Source: the human T2T-CHM13v2.0 reference genome, Homo sapiens. Taken from it: a stretch of DNA of 64,000 bases. How positions within the stretch are numbered: position 1 is the first letter of the stretch; each line of letters opens with the position of its first letter. This document shows, piece after piece, positions 15,415 to 33,149 of this stretch. A model generated the notes under the pieces. That model saw nothing but the letters and a program-made list of their open reading frames with translations, ran no database searches and was not told the origin of the DNA. The stretch lies in assembly GCF_009914755.1 (NCBI RefSeq), contig NC_060925.1; one strand, written 5' to 3'. The translations under genes and the position numbers were made by a program.

Positions 15415-16363
15415 CTAAAAGACATGCAAGCACACTTGGTTGAAAGACACATTGGAAGGCTTCAATTGGGCAAAAATTTATCATTACATTACTCCAGCTT
15501 AACTGACAATATCCTGGTCTCCTGACCAAAACTATTATTCAGATACACTAAGACACCACTTAAAATCCATGCCAATAACAGAGTTATCTGTGACAATATT
15601 TTTATTTATTTATTTTTTGTACAAGTGCTGGGATTACAGGCATGAGCCACTGTGCCTGGCCAACAATACTTTTAATCTGCTCATCCTGTCTAATCTTAAA
15701 AAAAAAATAATAATTTTTCTTAGAGAAATCACTAGAGGTTAACTATAACATAAGACATATCACACTAGATGTCTCAACTCTACCGGAAATCAGGTTCACT
15801 CAGGCACTCAAAAAAAATGAACCAAGCACATCCTACATGATAGATATCTACCCATACGATAGATACAAAAACACGTAAGACACACTCTCATCCCCTATGG
15901 AGCTTGCTTACTTTTTCTTGCAAAAAGCTTTGGTGCCAAAAATGAAATAAACAGAGCTCATTAAAAACTTACCACAGATGGTATCATGTGTCTCTGAACT
16001 TATTTTTTAATTTGTTTAACACATTGGTATTTGTTTTTAATTATAAAGTAAAAATTACATAAAGCAGCAAATTAGAAAGTCCTACCCATCTTACTTCCCA
16101 GAATGCAATATCATACATTATATACTTCCTTTTGCATTTTATTAAGAGAAATTCCAAACATAGAGAACAGTATAATGAACACACACAAACACAAATTAAT
16201 TAACTGTATAATGAAAGAGAGTATTACAGTAAGATCTGTTCTACTACCACGACAAAAGGGTCATGTAATCAAAGCCTTAAAAAAAAAAAGAAGAAGAAAT
16301 AGAAAGAACTTGATATAAGAACTTCATCAATTCAAAATAGTATGAGGAGAAATGAATACATAC

Positions 16364-16452
16364 CATTCTCCATTCTTTGAAAGTTCTGCTCTTTGAAAGA
16401 GATTCAGAAGATTTGAAATCGTCACTTCTGAACTGAAGTGTTCTTTGAAAAT
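16364..16452 (-). CDS. HEATR1: HEATR1 exon 14
   Basis: IFKEHFSSEVTISNLLNLFQRAELSKNGE; 89 nt. Confidence 0.94.
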
Positions 16453-16909
16453 CTAAAGGGAAAAAAATATCCAGAGTAGATTTGTACTTGCTTCAAACAT
16501 GTATGGCGCTTTTTAAATGCGAATTTTAAAAAGAATGAATTATAAGGAATTTCTCCCAGGAATCCTAGTACAAATTAAAAGTTTTAAGATCTATTTCTCA
16601 AAAGTGGCATTCATAAGACAATTTCCACAGGTCCCAAGGTATTTGCTATTGATAAAAATATGTTAAAAGCAATATAAAAATTCACAAAACATTTTTCCTG
16701 TTTGAACAACTTCCATATATATTTAATATATCAAATTGTGAATTTCTGTGAGTTTCTCCTAACCAGACTTAAGTCTGTGCTCTCCAGAGAACAAATTTCC
16801 CATGGAAAAATAATTTCCAAAAATATTCTAGTCTCAAGCAGAGAATCAAGTGAGAAGGGCAAGGAAATTTACAAAATTGTATACCTCAACAAATGACAAA
16901 TTCACTCAC

Positions 16910-17005
16910 CTCAAAAGCACTTATAGCCGACAAAACAACATCTATATTATCATCACCTAATCGGGCTAAAACAGCTTCTTTTATGAAAGATTCATCAACA
17001 CCCTC
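16910..17005 (-). CDS. HEATR1: HEATR1 exon 13
   Basis: EGVDESFIKEAVLARLGDDNIDVVLSAISAFE; 96 nt. Confidence 0.94.
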
Positions 17006-17329
17006 CTGAGCAATAAAAGAAAAACATTAATTTAGCTGTTGCCAAAAATCTCTTAAGGCTTTGCACTAGAAAGGAAGTATGGTTTTGTGAAAAACACTCC
17101 AGAATGACAGTCTAACACAGGCTCTGCTCTGGATGAGGACTGAAACACACTAGAACTAGATAATCGCTAAAGGGCCTTTTGGATTAATAATTGTTTGGTA
17201 CAAATCCTTTTCAAGTTTTCAGTGAAAATATAGTAAATATGGTATACTCCAAATATAGTTTTTGTAGTTAAGGAGTTCATCTTATTAAAGTGAGAGCCCA
17301 GATATTGACGGGATATAGACTAAAGAATA

Positions 17330-17540
17330 AGAATGTCTAATTTAAATCCTAGCTCTACCACTTACTAGTTGTGTAACTTTAGTCAAGTCACTTAACCTTT
17401 CTGGATCTCACTATTCTCACCTATAAAACAGGTTTGCTAATAAATAATACCTACCTGCAAGGGTTGTTAGAAGATTAAAAAATTCATGTCAGTCTGTAGC
17501 ACAGTGCTTTACACATAGTACTGTTAAAAGCTAGCTAGTA
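17330..17540. mobile_element. MIR
   Basis: aatcctagctctaccacttactagttgtgtaacttt...ctcacctataaaa. Confidence 0.8.
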
Positions 17541-17790
17541 TTATCTAAATTTTTACAAGGATAAGGACATGTACTACAAAGCCAGTCTGCCAAAAATAGA
17601 GATCATTTTTTAAATATAACAAATAAAAGAAAACAATGTATATTCATTCACAGAGAAAGAAAACTAGGACTGCTAATCAACCTGAATATATCCCTATCTA
17701 TATGTGGCAGGCAACTAAATAATATAAAAAACATAGGTCACTCTGTTGGGAGAAAAATGAAAATTCACAGAATTCACAAAAATTAAGTTA

Positions 17791-17910
17791 GTCAGGCACA
17801 GTGGTGCATGTCTATAATCCCAGCTACTCTGGAGGCTGAGGTGGGAGGATTGCTTAAGCCCAGGAGTTTGAGGCCAGCCTGGATAACATAGCAAGACCCC
17901 ATCATTTAAA
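17791..17910 (+). mobile_element. Alu monomer (FLAM-like)
   Basis: Single-arm Alu sequence. Confidence 0.85.
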
Positions 17911-19045
17911 CAAATCCTCAAGAGCTAATAAGCAGCCATATATCTGAACCTGGAGTTTAGAATAAAACCTATGTCCTGTCATCAATGGAGAAAAGAAAAT
18001 GAAACATGGTATGCAAAGGAGGACATCAACTGCAATTACAATCCTCAAGCCTGTAAGTTGAATGTATGCAGGGCCGGCCCTTCACCGAAAAACGAACCAA
18101 ACCCAGAGAACAGGAGAGAAAGGCAGTAAAAGAAGGAAGGATGAGAATAACTTCAGAAACAGAAGATTCCAGGACTCCCCTTTATTCTAGAAGAATTTCT
18201 TATCACTGAAATCCTCCTATCACAACAAAGACTATTATTCAATGAATTTATTTAACATATCGACAAAATAAACCTATTGGCAGTTTACAAAAGCAGAATT
18301 CATGTCAGATCAAATAAAGCAACATTTCTCAAACCTGAATATTACATCAGTCACTTTCAAAGAAACATTCTCAAAGATCTAAATGTTGTTTGTTGTTTAT
18401 ATATCAACTTAAAATTAAGTATAACTCCTTCTTAAAATATAGATGACATAAAACAAAAAATTTTTTTTTAAATCTACAAGGGAAATACTAAAAACTCTAT
18501 AAAACCAATAAAATTCAAATGAAGATGAACTTAGTGTGATTAGCTGTAATTAGCTGAAATTAAATTTTACTGATCATATGATTTTACTTGTAGTAAGAAT
18601 CTGCTTCTAATTGCTATGACACAAGTTCTAGAGTTCGGCACGTTTACACTGCCATGTGCTACAAGGAAACTAAACTCTGTTAACCGCTTTACTCTGTTCC
18701 AGAAATTTCTCAAATATGCAAATCACGGTGCATAATTTTAGATATGACACAGATGGAGCATTCCTATTTTAATTATAGTAACTATAGTAAAATGCATATA
18801 CAATTAGCACCTCACACCCACAATTTGAAGGCTATGTAAAAAAATAATGAGTCCATCTGAAATAAAGAAAAATTGTGAGAAAATAATACTACTATCAGTG
18901 GTAATTTGTAATTTAGCAAAAATTGTACAGGGACTGCTTGAATGACTAAAGTTTGGAAACTACTATTCTATGTGCATCATTACCAAGTCTTCATACCAAT
19001 GCCTTTTGGTATAAATGCAAATTAGACCAAATTATTTACAAATAA

Positions 19046-19489
<444 letters not shown>

Positions 19490-19808
19490 AAAATCAAATT
19501 TCAAAACTAAAAAAATTCTCAGATAATTAATGAACCTACGTGAATTAATCTACAAATTCCAGTTTGAAAAACACTAAAGATAAACAACTGTCAATGTGGA
19601 AACATAAAAGTAGTTGTTATTAGGTTATTGTTAAAATGGGGACGACTGGCATACACAGTCCTAAATATTAGTCTAAGGTACTCTCATGAGGTTTATTCAA
19701 CTCATCTGTATCATTACCCACTTAGGTGGTAACTTCAATTTCTTATTCAGAATTACACTGCTCATCATAAGAAAAAAAAACCATATAAAAAAGCGATCTG
19801 AAACAAAC

Positions 19809-19916
19809 CTTTGATGTTTTCATGATCTTTTTCAAATGATTCATGGCCAGAATTCTCACAGGAGCAAGTGGATGATTCAGGCTGAGCATCAAAGAAGTAT
19901 CAGAATCTGCTAAAAA
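19809..19916 (-). CDS. HEATR1: HEATR1 exon 12
   Basis: FLADSDTSLMLSLNHPLAPVRILAMNHLKKIMKTSK; 108 nt. Confidence 0.94.
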
Positions 19917-20961
19917 CTACAGGGTTCAACATAGTTATCAAATGATTTCACTTAATCTGAACAGTCTATGATCAAGAATAAAACCCAGAGAAAACCACCC
20001 CAAATTGCCCAACATTTTCAGTAACAACCATCTAACTACAGAAAACAAACAAAAAAATGCAAAATCTTTGTTTCTAGAACATCACATGAGTTGCAATAGA
20101 TGAAAAAATTTGTATTGTTAATGGTATGATTTCATGTATACTTGTGTCTATGTGTAGGTTTAATTTAGTCAAGTAATTCTACAAAGTAATTTTGTATTTT
20201 GTATGCGTATCTGATAAATCACCTAAGATAAATCCCTGTTTTAGCACCTTCCAGAAGACAGAATGCAACTCATCTACATGATATAACAAATAGTGACACT
20301 CAAATTCGTGACAACTTAGTTCACTTACGCAATTAGACTAAAAAGAAAGTCTTATCCATCAACCTAAGATTTGGAAATGCAACACCATTAAAAATGAAAG
20401 TCTAATTATGGAAGAGAAATACTAAAACAATCATATTTCTCTTCATAATTATCTGTTTTTAAGGCTAAATATAAGAACTCCTGCTTAAATGTCTAACCTC
20501 TAGTATAAAGCTTTAGGCTTGAATCACCAGAAAATTTCTCAAGTTTTAATGTGATCATGAAATAGAACCCATCTCCCCCTTGCTAATCAATAATATAAAT
20601 AGCCATCTGTGGCTGGTACACTGGAAAGCATAGACCTAGATGAAAGACAGAGAATGCTAGAAACCTACATGAGGCCGTCCTCTGATGATTCTTAATGAAT
20701 ATCCCATAAAAAAATTCTCAAACAATACTTTTCCTGAAATAAGTATCACGTTCATAGTTATGTACAAATTATTGTACCTTTCTCCAATTATTCTATTCCT
20801 GCCTCAGAGCCGTACTTCAGGCAACTAGGCAAACTGTATAAGGTTATCTCTGTAAAATTTTCCACACAAGGGAAAAAAGTGGCAAATTTCCTTCTGGAGC
20901 TCTTCACATACCCATACAAATGTACCCCAAATTGTCATAATTCCTTTGGAGAACAACATAC

Positions 20962-21079
20962 CTGATACTTTCCTCCACTTGTAGAAAGAGAAACAAACTG
21001 ATGGAAAAGCTCTTGTTTTTTCAGATCTGCAATTTCCTTTAAGTGTTCCTCTAATACAACATCTAATGTTCTGGGGTAT
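20962..21079 (-). CDS. HEATR1: HEATR1 exon 11
   Basis: YPRTLDVVLEEHLKE...GGKYQ; 118 nt. Confidence 0.94.
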
Positions 21080-21491
21080 CTGGGAAGCAATTAAAGAGTG
21101 AATTCATTATTCTTAATAAATTTATTAATCTCATACACCATACACATATAAAGGAAAGACATAAAATCTTAAAAATTACTGAGACTGTGACTTAAATTTT
21201 AACAAATGTTGTAGGTAAAACCAAATGACATTGGTCAAGTGTGTTACTATGACTACTCCAATAACAAAATAGTCTCTCTATAAAAAATTATACTCTCCAT
21301 AGCCCCCACACAACCACTATTTCCTCTTATATTTCAAATATTTTTGATTCCGATACTCACCCCTTCTTGAAGAACAAATTTAAAAAGGACAGTCTCTGTA
21401 CAATTCAGTATATTAAGATGTGACTTGTGAATCATATCTTTATAGAACAGGAAGTACTTTAGAAGAGCATAAACATACACACATAACTTAC

Positions 21492-21602
21492 TTGCTTTCT
21501 AAAAGTCTAATGAGTGGAAGAAATTGTTCATTAAGCAAAGACACTTTATTAGAATCCATTTCTTCCTGTGAACTATATGAAATATACTCTTCAAATAGAA
21601 GG
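21492..21602 (-). CDS. HEATR1: HEATR1 exon 10
   Basis: LLFEEYISYSSQEEMDSNK...RLLES; 111 nt. Confidence 0.94.
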
Positions 21603-21753
21603 CTGTAAAAAAAAAACAGAAATATCAGCATACATAAGAGTTACTATTTATTGAGTACCTACTATATTCTAAGTGCTTTAGAAATATTATCTCTAATTGT
21701 CATACTTATACAAGGTATAGTTTAATACTTATTTTACAGATAAAGAAACTAGA

Positions 21754-22180
<427 letters not shown>

Positions 22181-22978
22181 AAAAGAAACTAGAGTGTAAG
22201 TCTTCCAATTTGCTCATGAGAACAGCAATAAAAGGCAACATTCAGTAAGCCCTTCTGTGCCACAGAGTGGGGTTTCACATTTTAAGCCCCAGTCTGATTC
22301 TAGAGCCTATGTTCTCAACATTACTACACGTGTATACTCTCCTTTAATTCACAAACCAACCCTCTGAGCAAAGGGGCATGAATGATGCACACCAACACAC
22401 AGGCACTCTCTTGATCCTACAAAATGGCAAAGCTACATCCAGACTAACCTCCAAAACTTACTATAGCCCTGGAAGTGGTAGGCGCAGAATTTACACCTAT
22501 GTCTGACCACAACGCCTACATCTTTTCACTGTATCGAGTTGCCCATTAAGAGAAAAAAAAAAAAAAAAAAAAAAGACTGAATTATCTTTAAAGAAATAAT
22601 CCTTACTCTATGCTTACCTTCAATATTGTTTCTAAATGACATTTACTGCGTTTTAATTGTGATGTGTTATTTCAGATATTATGGTCCATTTACTAAGAGA
22701 AAACTTCAAACGGCCACAAACTGCATTTAGTTATTACCCAAATTTGTCTTAACCACTAACTTTCCATTTTCATCTATAAGCACTAAACACATGCAAGAAA
22801 AATTACTTTTGCTTTTAATGCTGCCAGTTACTGGATTAAGTACTTATAGTTAATGAAATGATACAGGCAAAACAAGATATACATTAAAAAGGAATACTGG
22901 GAAATTTCTAACCAATCTTGAAAATTATACTGAGTCACAAAAATGTAAATCAAAAGCATGTCAAAAATAATAGCTTAC

Positions 22979-23081
22979 CTAGCCAACAAATGGTCTAAGT
23001 TGTTCTTCAGTGATATTTTTGTAAGTATAGCTTCTAAGTGTCTCTTGTAGATTTGACCATCCATTCCTTCAGTTTCTTCTC
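22979..23081 (-). CDS. HEATR1: HEATR1 exon 9
   Basis: EETEGMDGQIYKRHLEAILTKISLKNNLDHLLA; 103 nt. Confidence 0.94.
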
Positions 23082-23762
23082 CTTAATATGTAAAAATTAA
23101 AATTGTGTTGGGAAAAATTTATTTTGCAAGCTAACATTATTAAATTCACTTATAGCAGAAAATCGTTCTCAGAGTAAAACACACACACTGATATCCAGCT
23201 TTTTATCTATTTGCACAAGTGCATTCCACTTATTTAGTCATTTATATTTTTTAAAGCTCTTTTGTATAGATCACCTTCATTTTTCTTTTATCTAAAATTC
23301 TCTATTTTTAACAAGTACTATCATGCTTATAACAATAACAAAACAAAAGTCCAAAATTAGTCTTTCCCCAGGTCACATTACAAATTAGTTGTGATGGTGC
23401 CAATCAACTATCTCTGAAAAGAGGTTAAACTTTTATCTCAGTACCCACCCCCTTACTGAACCAAAAGCTGTCATCTATTTCAGATTTATAATAAACATAT
23501 GAATCTGATCTTAGCCCTTGCTTTCAAAGACTGGGACATTACTCATTACCTTCAGAATAGGAAGAATACATTTTCATTTTGCTAGTCACTTTTCTAAAAT
23601 GCATGTTCAAACCAAGATTTGGTTACAAAAACCTCATTTTTCAGTAGACTGACATAAGTTTAGAGAAGTCTTTCTTAGTATTCTCCAAGTAGCAACAGAA
23701 CCAAATGTTTCTTCCTAGCCTTTCTGTATTTATTAAAAGACATAATGCAAATAATCACTTTC

Positions 23763-24025
23763 TAATTATTATTATTATTTTTGAGATAGGGTCTCACTCT
23801 GTCGCCCAGGCTGAACTGCAGTGGCACAAACACAGTTCCCTGTAGCCTCGAACTCCCTGGACTCAGGTGATCCTCCCACCTCAGTCTCCCGAGCAGCTGG
23901 GACCACAGTTGCATGTCACCATGCCCGGTTAATTTTTGTATATTTTTGTAGAGACGGGGTTTTGCCATGATCTGCCCATCTCAGTTTCTCAAAGTGCTAG
24001 AATTATAGGTTTGAGCCACCTGGCC
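23763..24025 (-). mobile_element. AluJ-like
   Basis: Alu consensus with (ATT)n tail. Confidence 0.9.
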
Positions 24026-24499
24026 CTCTAATTATTACTTTTTGCTTTGTTTCATAATTTGGATTTTTATGTATAAAAATTTTCTTGGTCTTATATTTTT
24101 AATTACTCTAGGGAAAAAACTTTTTTGGCAACTGGATGAGATATTCATTGTAAATGAATCACTAAAGTTCATTAAATACCTAAATGAGAAGGCAAAGGTT
24201 TACTCAGTAATAAATTTTAAAAGTATTCCAGTCTTTTTCATGTAGAGACTATTTAAGTATTTAAGAACACAGATCTTAAAAAAAGTAAAATTCTAAGAAA
24301 TTACTCAATTAACAATGATCTTTCTTCAACCAACCTGCTCCCCACCCCAGATGTTTCTCACTTAAGAAATAGACAAGTTACACAAGAACAACTGGAAAAC
24401 AGAAATTTTAAATATTTTGAAGCTGTTAACCAGGATATGGTTACTATTTTAAGATCAAATCTTAGAAAATTTCTGGACAAAAAATATAAAACCACACAC

Positions 24500-24633
24500 C
24501 TGTAACATGATGAATGATGGAGACGACCAGATGGGGAAGCATGTAACGCAGAAGAGGACTGACATCGTAAGTTTCAGAAATCCCATGAAGTATTGTAATA
24601 AGATCAGGAACATTACATAAGTGAGGGAATGGC
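24500..24633 (-). CDS. HEATR1: HEATR1 exon 8
   Basis: PFPHLCNVPD...IHHVT; 134 nt. Confidence 0.95.
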
Positions 24634-24792
24634 CTTTGAAGAAGCAAAAGTACATATCGTGTTGACTTTACAAGTTAGACAATGAGTAACAATATAAGAA
24701 AATATATAATCACTTATCTCACAAAAAAAAATTATTCAAAATAATTTTATTCACCTCTGACTAGCACCATTTCTCAATTCAATTGTACATAC

Positions 24793-25004
24793 TTTTTCCC
24801 AAGGCTCTCTGGCTTCTGTCTCTGCAGGAGCACTATCAAGCAACTTAACCCATCCTTGATCAAAGAGGGAATCTTGGTCAATGTTTTGATGATCTGTGAT
24901 GCCAATGAATTCACAAAGGTATTTTCCATGGTCACTTTCACAGAAATCTGACATATTATCATGTATGTTGCAGCTCTGTAATCTGGTAAAGATGATTTCA
25001 ATCC
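24793..25004 (-). CDS. HEATR1: HEATR1 exon 7
   Basis: GLKSSLPDY...ESLGK; 212 nt. Confidence 0.95.
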
Positions 25005-25795
25005 CTAAATATTTTTTAAATATAAGGAAAAATGATAAACCATATTATTTTCTGCTACTTTAAATGTTAATCTGACAAATTAGAAATGTCATAGAGATTA
25101 ATACAACCTAATGCATAGTCAATCACTCTTCAGACATAAACAATAAAGGAGCTGACCCCTTTTTCAGAGTGGATACAGAGATGAGACAAGTCTGTTGAAC
25201 GAGACAAAGGATCTCAGAAAATTTCCCAACTCAAACATCTACCACATGTCCTGACAGGAGCCAGTAAGCTCTTCTTTTATACATAAAATCCTACTTATGG
25301 TAGGGAGACCTCAATCAGATCACTAATGGAAGAAACAAGTCTGATGAAAGGTCACAAGTTGGGACACTGGTGGGAAGTGAAAGCAGTACCTCCACAGGGC
25401 ACCTGGGAAGGCAGCAGGCAAGAAGGCACTTGGGAAGGAGAAACGCTGAGAGGCAGGAGCCAGTGCACAAAGAATACTGAGAGGCTGCTTACGCCTCAAA
25501 GAGACTGTCTGCTCCGTCCTCCTTCCAGTGAGGTACAAAGACTGCTATGGAAATCAATCTAGGAGATGGCCGCAGGACCAGACAGCCAATATTTATTCTT
25601 AAGAGTCCTAATTAAGGTCCCAGTCCAGTGAGTTTCTAATAAAAAAGTGTCATATTTTCAACCTAAAGGCTAAATCTCAGCTATCATCTGAAATAAACTG
25701 TCAATTTAAAAACACTTAAATCTAAAAAAACTTTCGAAAGCAAGAAAATTCCTTTAAGTACAAAATAATCTACTTAACACATCAGCAGTGCCAAC

Positions 25796-25936
25796 CTTTT
25801 GGATATAGGGAAATAGTTTGGCGATGATATTGTCTGATACGTCCTCTGCAGCTACCAGCGCCGACACTATGGTAGAAGCATAGAAAGCCAAGAGCACCCT
25901 CAACTGAGCTGAGCTGCCCGGGTACTCAGCAAAAAC
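25796..25936 (-). CDS. HEATR1: HEATR1 exon 6
   Basis: VFAEYPGSS...FPYIQK; 141 nt. Confidence 0.95.
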
Positions 25937-25977
25937 CTGAAACAAGGAACACAAACAAAACACATTTAACAGTGAAA

Positions 25978-26513
<536 letters not shown>

Positions 26514-26836
26514 TAAAATTTTTTAAACAGCTTTCCCAGGTTGAATATTCCTGACATTTCTAGACACTCTCTTTGAATAGTCACTGTAACTAGAATCTGG
26601 CAAGGAATAGACATTTATTTTTGTAGAAAAACACCTTTGGTGATAAAAGACTGATTCTTAAAAAAAAAAAAAAGATACGGACTCTCAAACTGCTCCTGCT
26701 TCAAAACACCAGACCATTTAACAAAATAAATTTATCCAAAGTATCATTGTTATTAGGGAATGTTTTAGTATGTTTTCTTCATTCAAAGCAAGCAATCTTT
26801 TCATAAAATTATATACTCATGAAACAGACTGCTCAC

Positions 26837-26938
26837 CTTCACAGATTTTGTCACCAAACTGCAAATGAAATCCATGAATCCAAGATCTTTGTAGCAGTGG
26901 GTAATCAAAGTTCCTTTAGCTAACGGCACTCCAGATTG
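26837..26938 (-). CDS. HEATR1: HEATR1 exon 5
   Basis: QSGVPLAKGTLITHCYKDLGFMDFICSLVTKSVK; 102 nt; donor AAG|GTGAG. Confidence 0.95.
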
Positions 26939-28441
26939 CTGTTATTGATGGAAAGAACAAACTACTAGCAACATTCATCAACTGATCCTTATTTTAAAGC
27001 ATTTACCCTAGTAATGTCTTCATACTGCTACAATTCATAAATAAAAAATATAATCTCTCCTTATAACTGGTGGTGGTGATGAAATTAACACATAAAATCA
27101 TGTAAACTTAGAAATTCAAAAGAGAAGGTCAGCAATGAGGGCAGAGGTATTTAGTGAAAGATGTTTGCTTATCGTATGTCACATTTTGAAAGGTATTTAT
27201 CAAAATCTGGATTCTCTAGATTCTTAGTAACTTTACTGGTTCGATTTGGTTTCTGAGCCACTATGATACGCTTCTGTCATTGCTTTACAATAACACTAAG
27301 AACAGAAATAGACTAGGAAACTGCACAACTTATACCACTATTCCCACCATCTAGCGTTGTACATGGTATGTAATAGATGCTCCATAAATACTGATTAAAT
27401 AAATGAAAGGAGAATTTTAAGTGAACTTTAGTAGGTGAGTGGAGTTTGGCTACCTGGAATAAGAGTGCCTAGGGAGCAGCAAGATCCAGGGTAGATTAGA
27501 GGAAGAATAATTTTGATGCTATGGGCAGAGTGAATGTTGGGAAGAGCAGTTAATGAGCTTTATCAAAGGCTGGCCTTCTCCAACGTTCTTTAGTTCAAGT
27601 GCTTTACGTTCAGATTCTTAAATTCTCCTTCTAATTAAAAAGTCCTCATTACTCCTATCTTACTAATTCTGAACACTGACCCCACTACCATCATCAGCCT
27701 AATGTGCACAGCCTCGTGATCTGTTAGCTTACCTTCATCCCCATTTGCCTCCCCCCCTACCCTGGATCACCATGCCCAACATGCAGTCAAGTTCCTGCTA
27801 ACAACATACATCTACTTTCCTCCACCATATGTTGCAAACAAAGTGCTAACGGTTAGTCAGTTGGTTTTCCTACAATAGCATGCTGTCTTTTCTTACCCAG
27901 ACCCTTCCTGTTACACAAGCATCCTTTTCTTAGTCTGTAAATTAACTCCTAGCATCTTCCTCACAACTTTAGTAAATTCTTGAAACCCCTGAAGTTATCC
28001 TTATCCTTTTAATTTTTGTAAGTATTTTCTGCCTTTCTTCACCTTCAACTTTTTTTTAAGTTCTCAGTTCCAAATTTAAAATGCCAAACGGCATGGTACG
28101 ATACAAAGGCACAGACTCTGGAATCAGATTTGGGTTCAAATCTCAACTCTGCCACTTTATAGTTATGTGAACTTTGGCAAGTAGCCTGTCCTCATCTGTA
28201 AAAATGAAGTTTTGTGATAATCCAAGATAATATAATGTACATTGCCTAGCCTGATGTCAGATACTAAATAAAAGCTAAATATTATTAACATTAATAATAG
28301 TTTCAATTGGAAGTCAGGAAATAAAAATGATGGAGGTAGTTATCTGGACTATCCCCAGGAGCAATGACTTATTTTTTCCTAATTAAATCCCTTAATCAAG
28401 ATCTGTAATGATTACAGACATATGTCATTCAGCAATTATAC

Positions 28442-28583
28442 CTTAACTGGCAACAACCAGAACCATCTGTGCTTTGAATTATTAATTTTTAGAAGCTGTA
28501 TGACTCGCACAAATATTCTTGTCTCGTGGTATGGCAGAACACAAGCAATGAGGCTATCTTGATTATAGAGATGTATATGGAAC
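28442..28583 (-). CDS. HEATR1: HEATR1 exon 4
   Basis: FHIHLYNQDS...WLLPVK; 142 nt. Confidence 0.96.
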
Positions 28584-28864
28584 CTGGGGAAAAAAAGCAA
28601 ACAGTCCAACTGAACACAAAACTTAATAATAAGCACCTATTTCCTCACATGCCCAAACTGTATTATTAATAAGCTAAAACAACCTAGAACGAGTAGCAGT
28701 AAAAATCACAAAATTATAAGATACAGAGCATTTAAAAAGTCCCCAATTTTGCATTCACATATCCCTCAACATGGTCCAGCCAATTCCTATGCAATATCTT
28801 TGAATATTCTACATCAAAATATACATCCCATTAACTTTCTCTCAGCTTTACAATTTTTATTTAA

Positions 28865-31893
<3,029 letters not shown>

Positions 31894-32121
31894 CTAATGA
31901 GGTTAGACCATTTACTCAAAATCACCAGTAGTTCTACTTTTCACTATCAACAAAAAAGAATTTAAAGGCAGAAGAGCATGCTTATCTCACACAATGGACA
32001 TTGTATCAATCTCTTAATATACCTAATTTTTCAGCTTTAATTTGATAAGTTCTCAACTACTTAATTTTTTACAAGACCAAAGTGATTAACCCATAGTTAT
32101 TTCTGTAATTCTATTAGCTAC

Positions 32122-32338
32122 CTGTGAATCAACCACTCCAGACACTTCTGTGCTGGCTTAAGCAGGAAGTAAGGCGACAAGTGAATAAGGAATAATGAAA
32201 TGTTTTCATCCAACTGTTTGTTTACTGCTTTGGTCTGAACACTTCGCTCCAAGGTTTTTGCTAGCTGACTGAACAACGGTGCTTCAAACTGCTCAAAGGA
32301 AGGATCAATTCCAAGCAACTCTTCCAGGCCAGTACATC
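32122..32338 (-). CDS. HEATR1: HEATR1 exon 3
   Basis: CTGLEELLGIDPSF...EWLIHR; AG/GT; 217 nt. Confidence 0.96.
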
Positions 32339-32913
32339 CTAAATTTCAAAAAAGGCCAGTTTATTTAACAATTCTTCGTAAGCAAATTCATCCCACCCCT
32401 CTTTTACAGTTTTACTTACCCCTAAGAAGTTTCTGAATTCTTTAAGTACATATAATTTATAATACAGTCCCAAACACTGATTTCTAGTTTTCAACTTTTA
32501 GAGTAAATCCTATCTCATCTACTAGAACAGAAAGTACTTCGTGGCAGGGAACACTTTTTTTTTTTTTTTTTGGATATCCCCTACAATAACTAGGCCAGTC
32601 CTCTGAGAGGACTTCTCCGTCACCCCAGTCACTGCCTCCATCCCCCTTTTAGCTGTTCTTCTCTTTGACATATTAGTTGACCTCTCTAATTTTGTTTCTT
32701 CATCTGTGAAATCCAGATACCTCTACTCATAAGCATTTCAAGCACCAAGCACCTGACTGTTATGTTCTCTTTCCCTTAAAAATATACATCAACATGCTAG
32801 AAACTGCTAAGGAAGAGGACGGGACAGAAGAGAAAAGAAGGGAAAAAAAAAAAACAGTAACATCCAGAAAACAAACGCTTCCAAGAGCTTTTCTAAGTTA
32901 AAAGATGGCTCAC

Positions 32914-33055
32914 CAATGGCGAAGGCGGTGTCCCTGTCGATTGTGGCCGCTTCCTTAGGGTCAAATAACAAAGAAGCAACTTCATCTCTGGATAAGAGGC
33001 TGGCATCACTTTGAGGGAGGGCGAGTCGTTGCAGCTGCTGGGCTAAGGACGTCAT
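32914..33055 (-). CDS. HEATR1: HEATR1 exon 2 coding part (exon starts at 33087; ATG at 33055)
   Basis: Acceptor tttttttag at 33088; MTSLAQQ...TAFAIG; donor TTG|GTGAG; 142 nt. Confidence 0.97.
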
Positions 33056-33149
33056 CTTTCACGCCAGCGGAGTTTTAATGACACGGGCTAAAAAAACGTA
33101 AGCACTTTGATAAGTTTCTACGAAATTATAAGGCGCCTCGTAAACAAAC

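Noticed and set aside
18070-18081. 12-bp palindrome agggccggccct
   Set aside because: Short GC palindrome with no partner TIR or supporting context.
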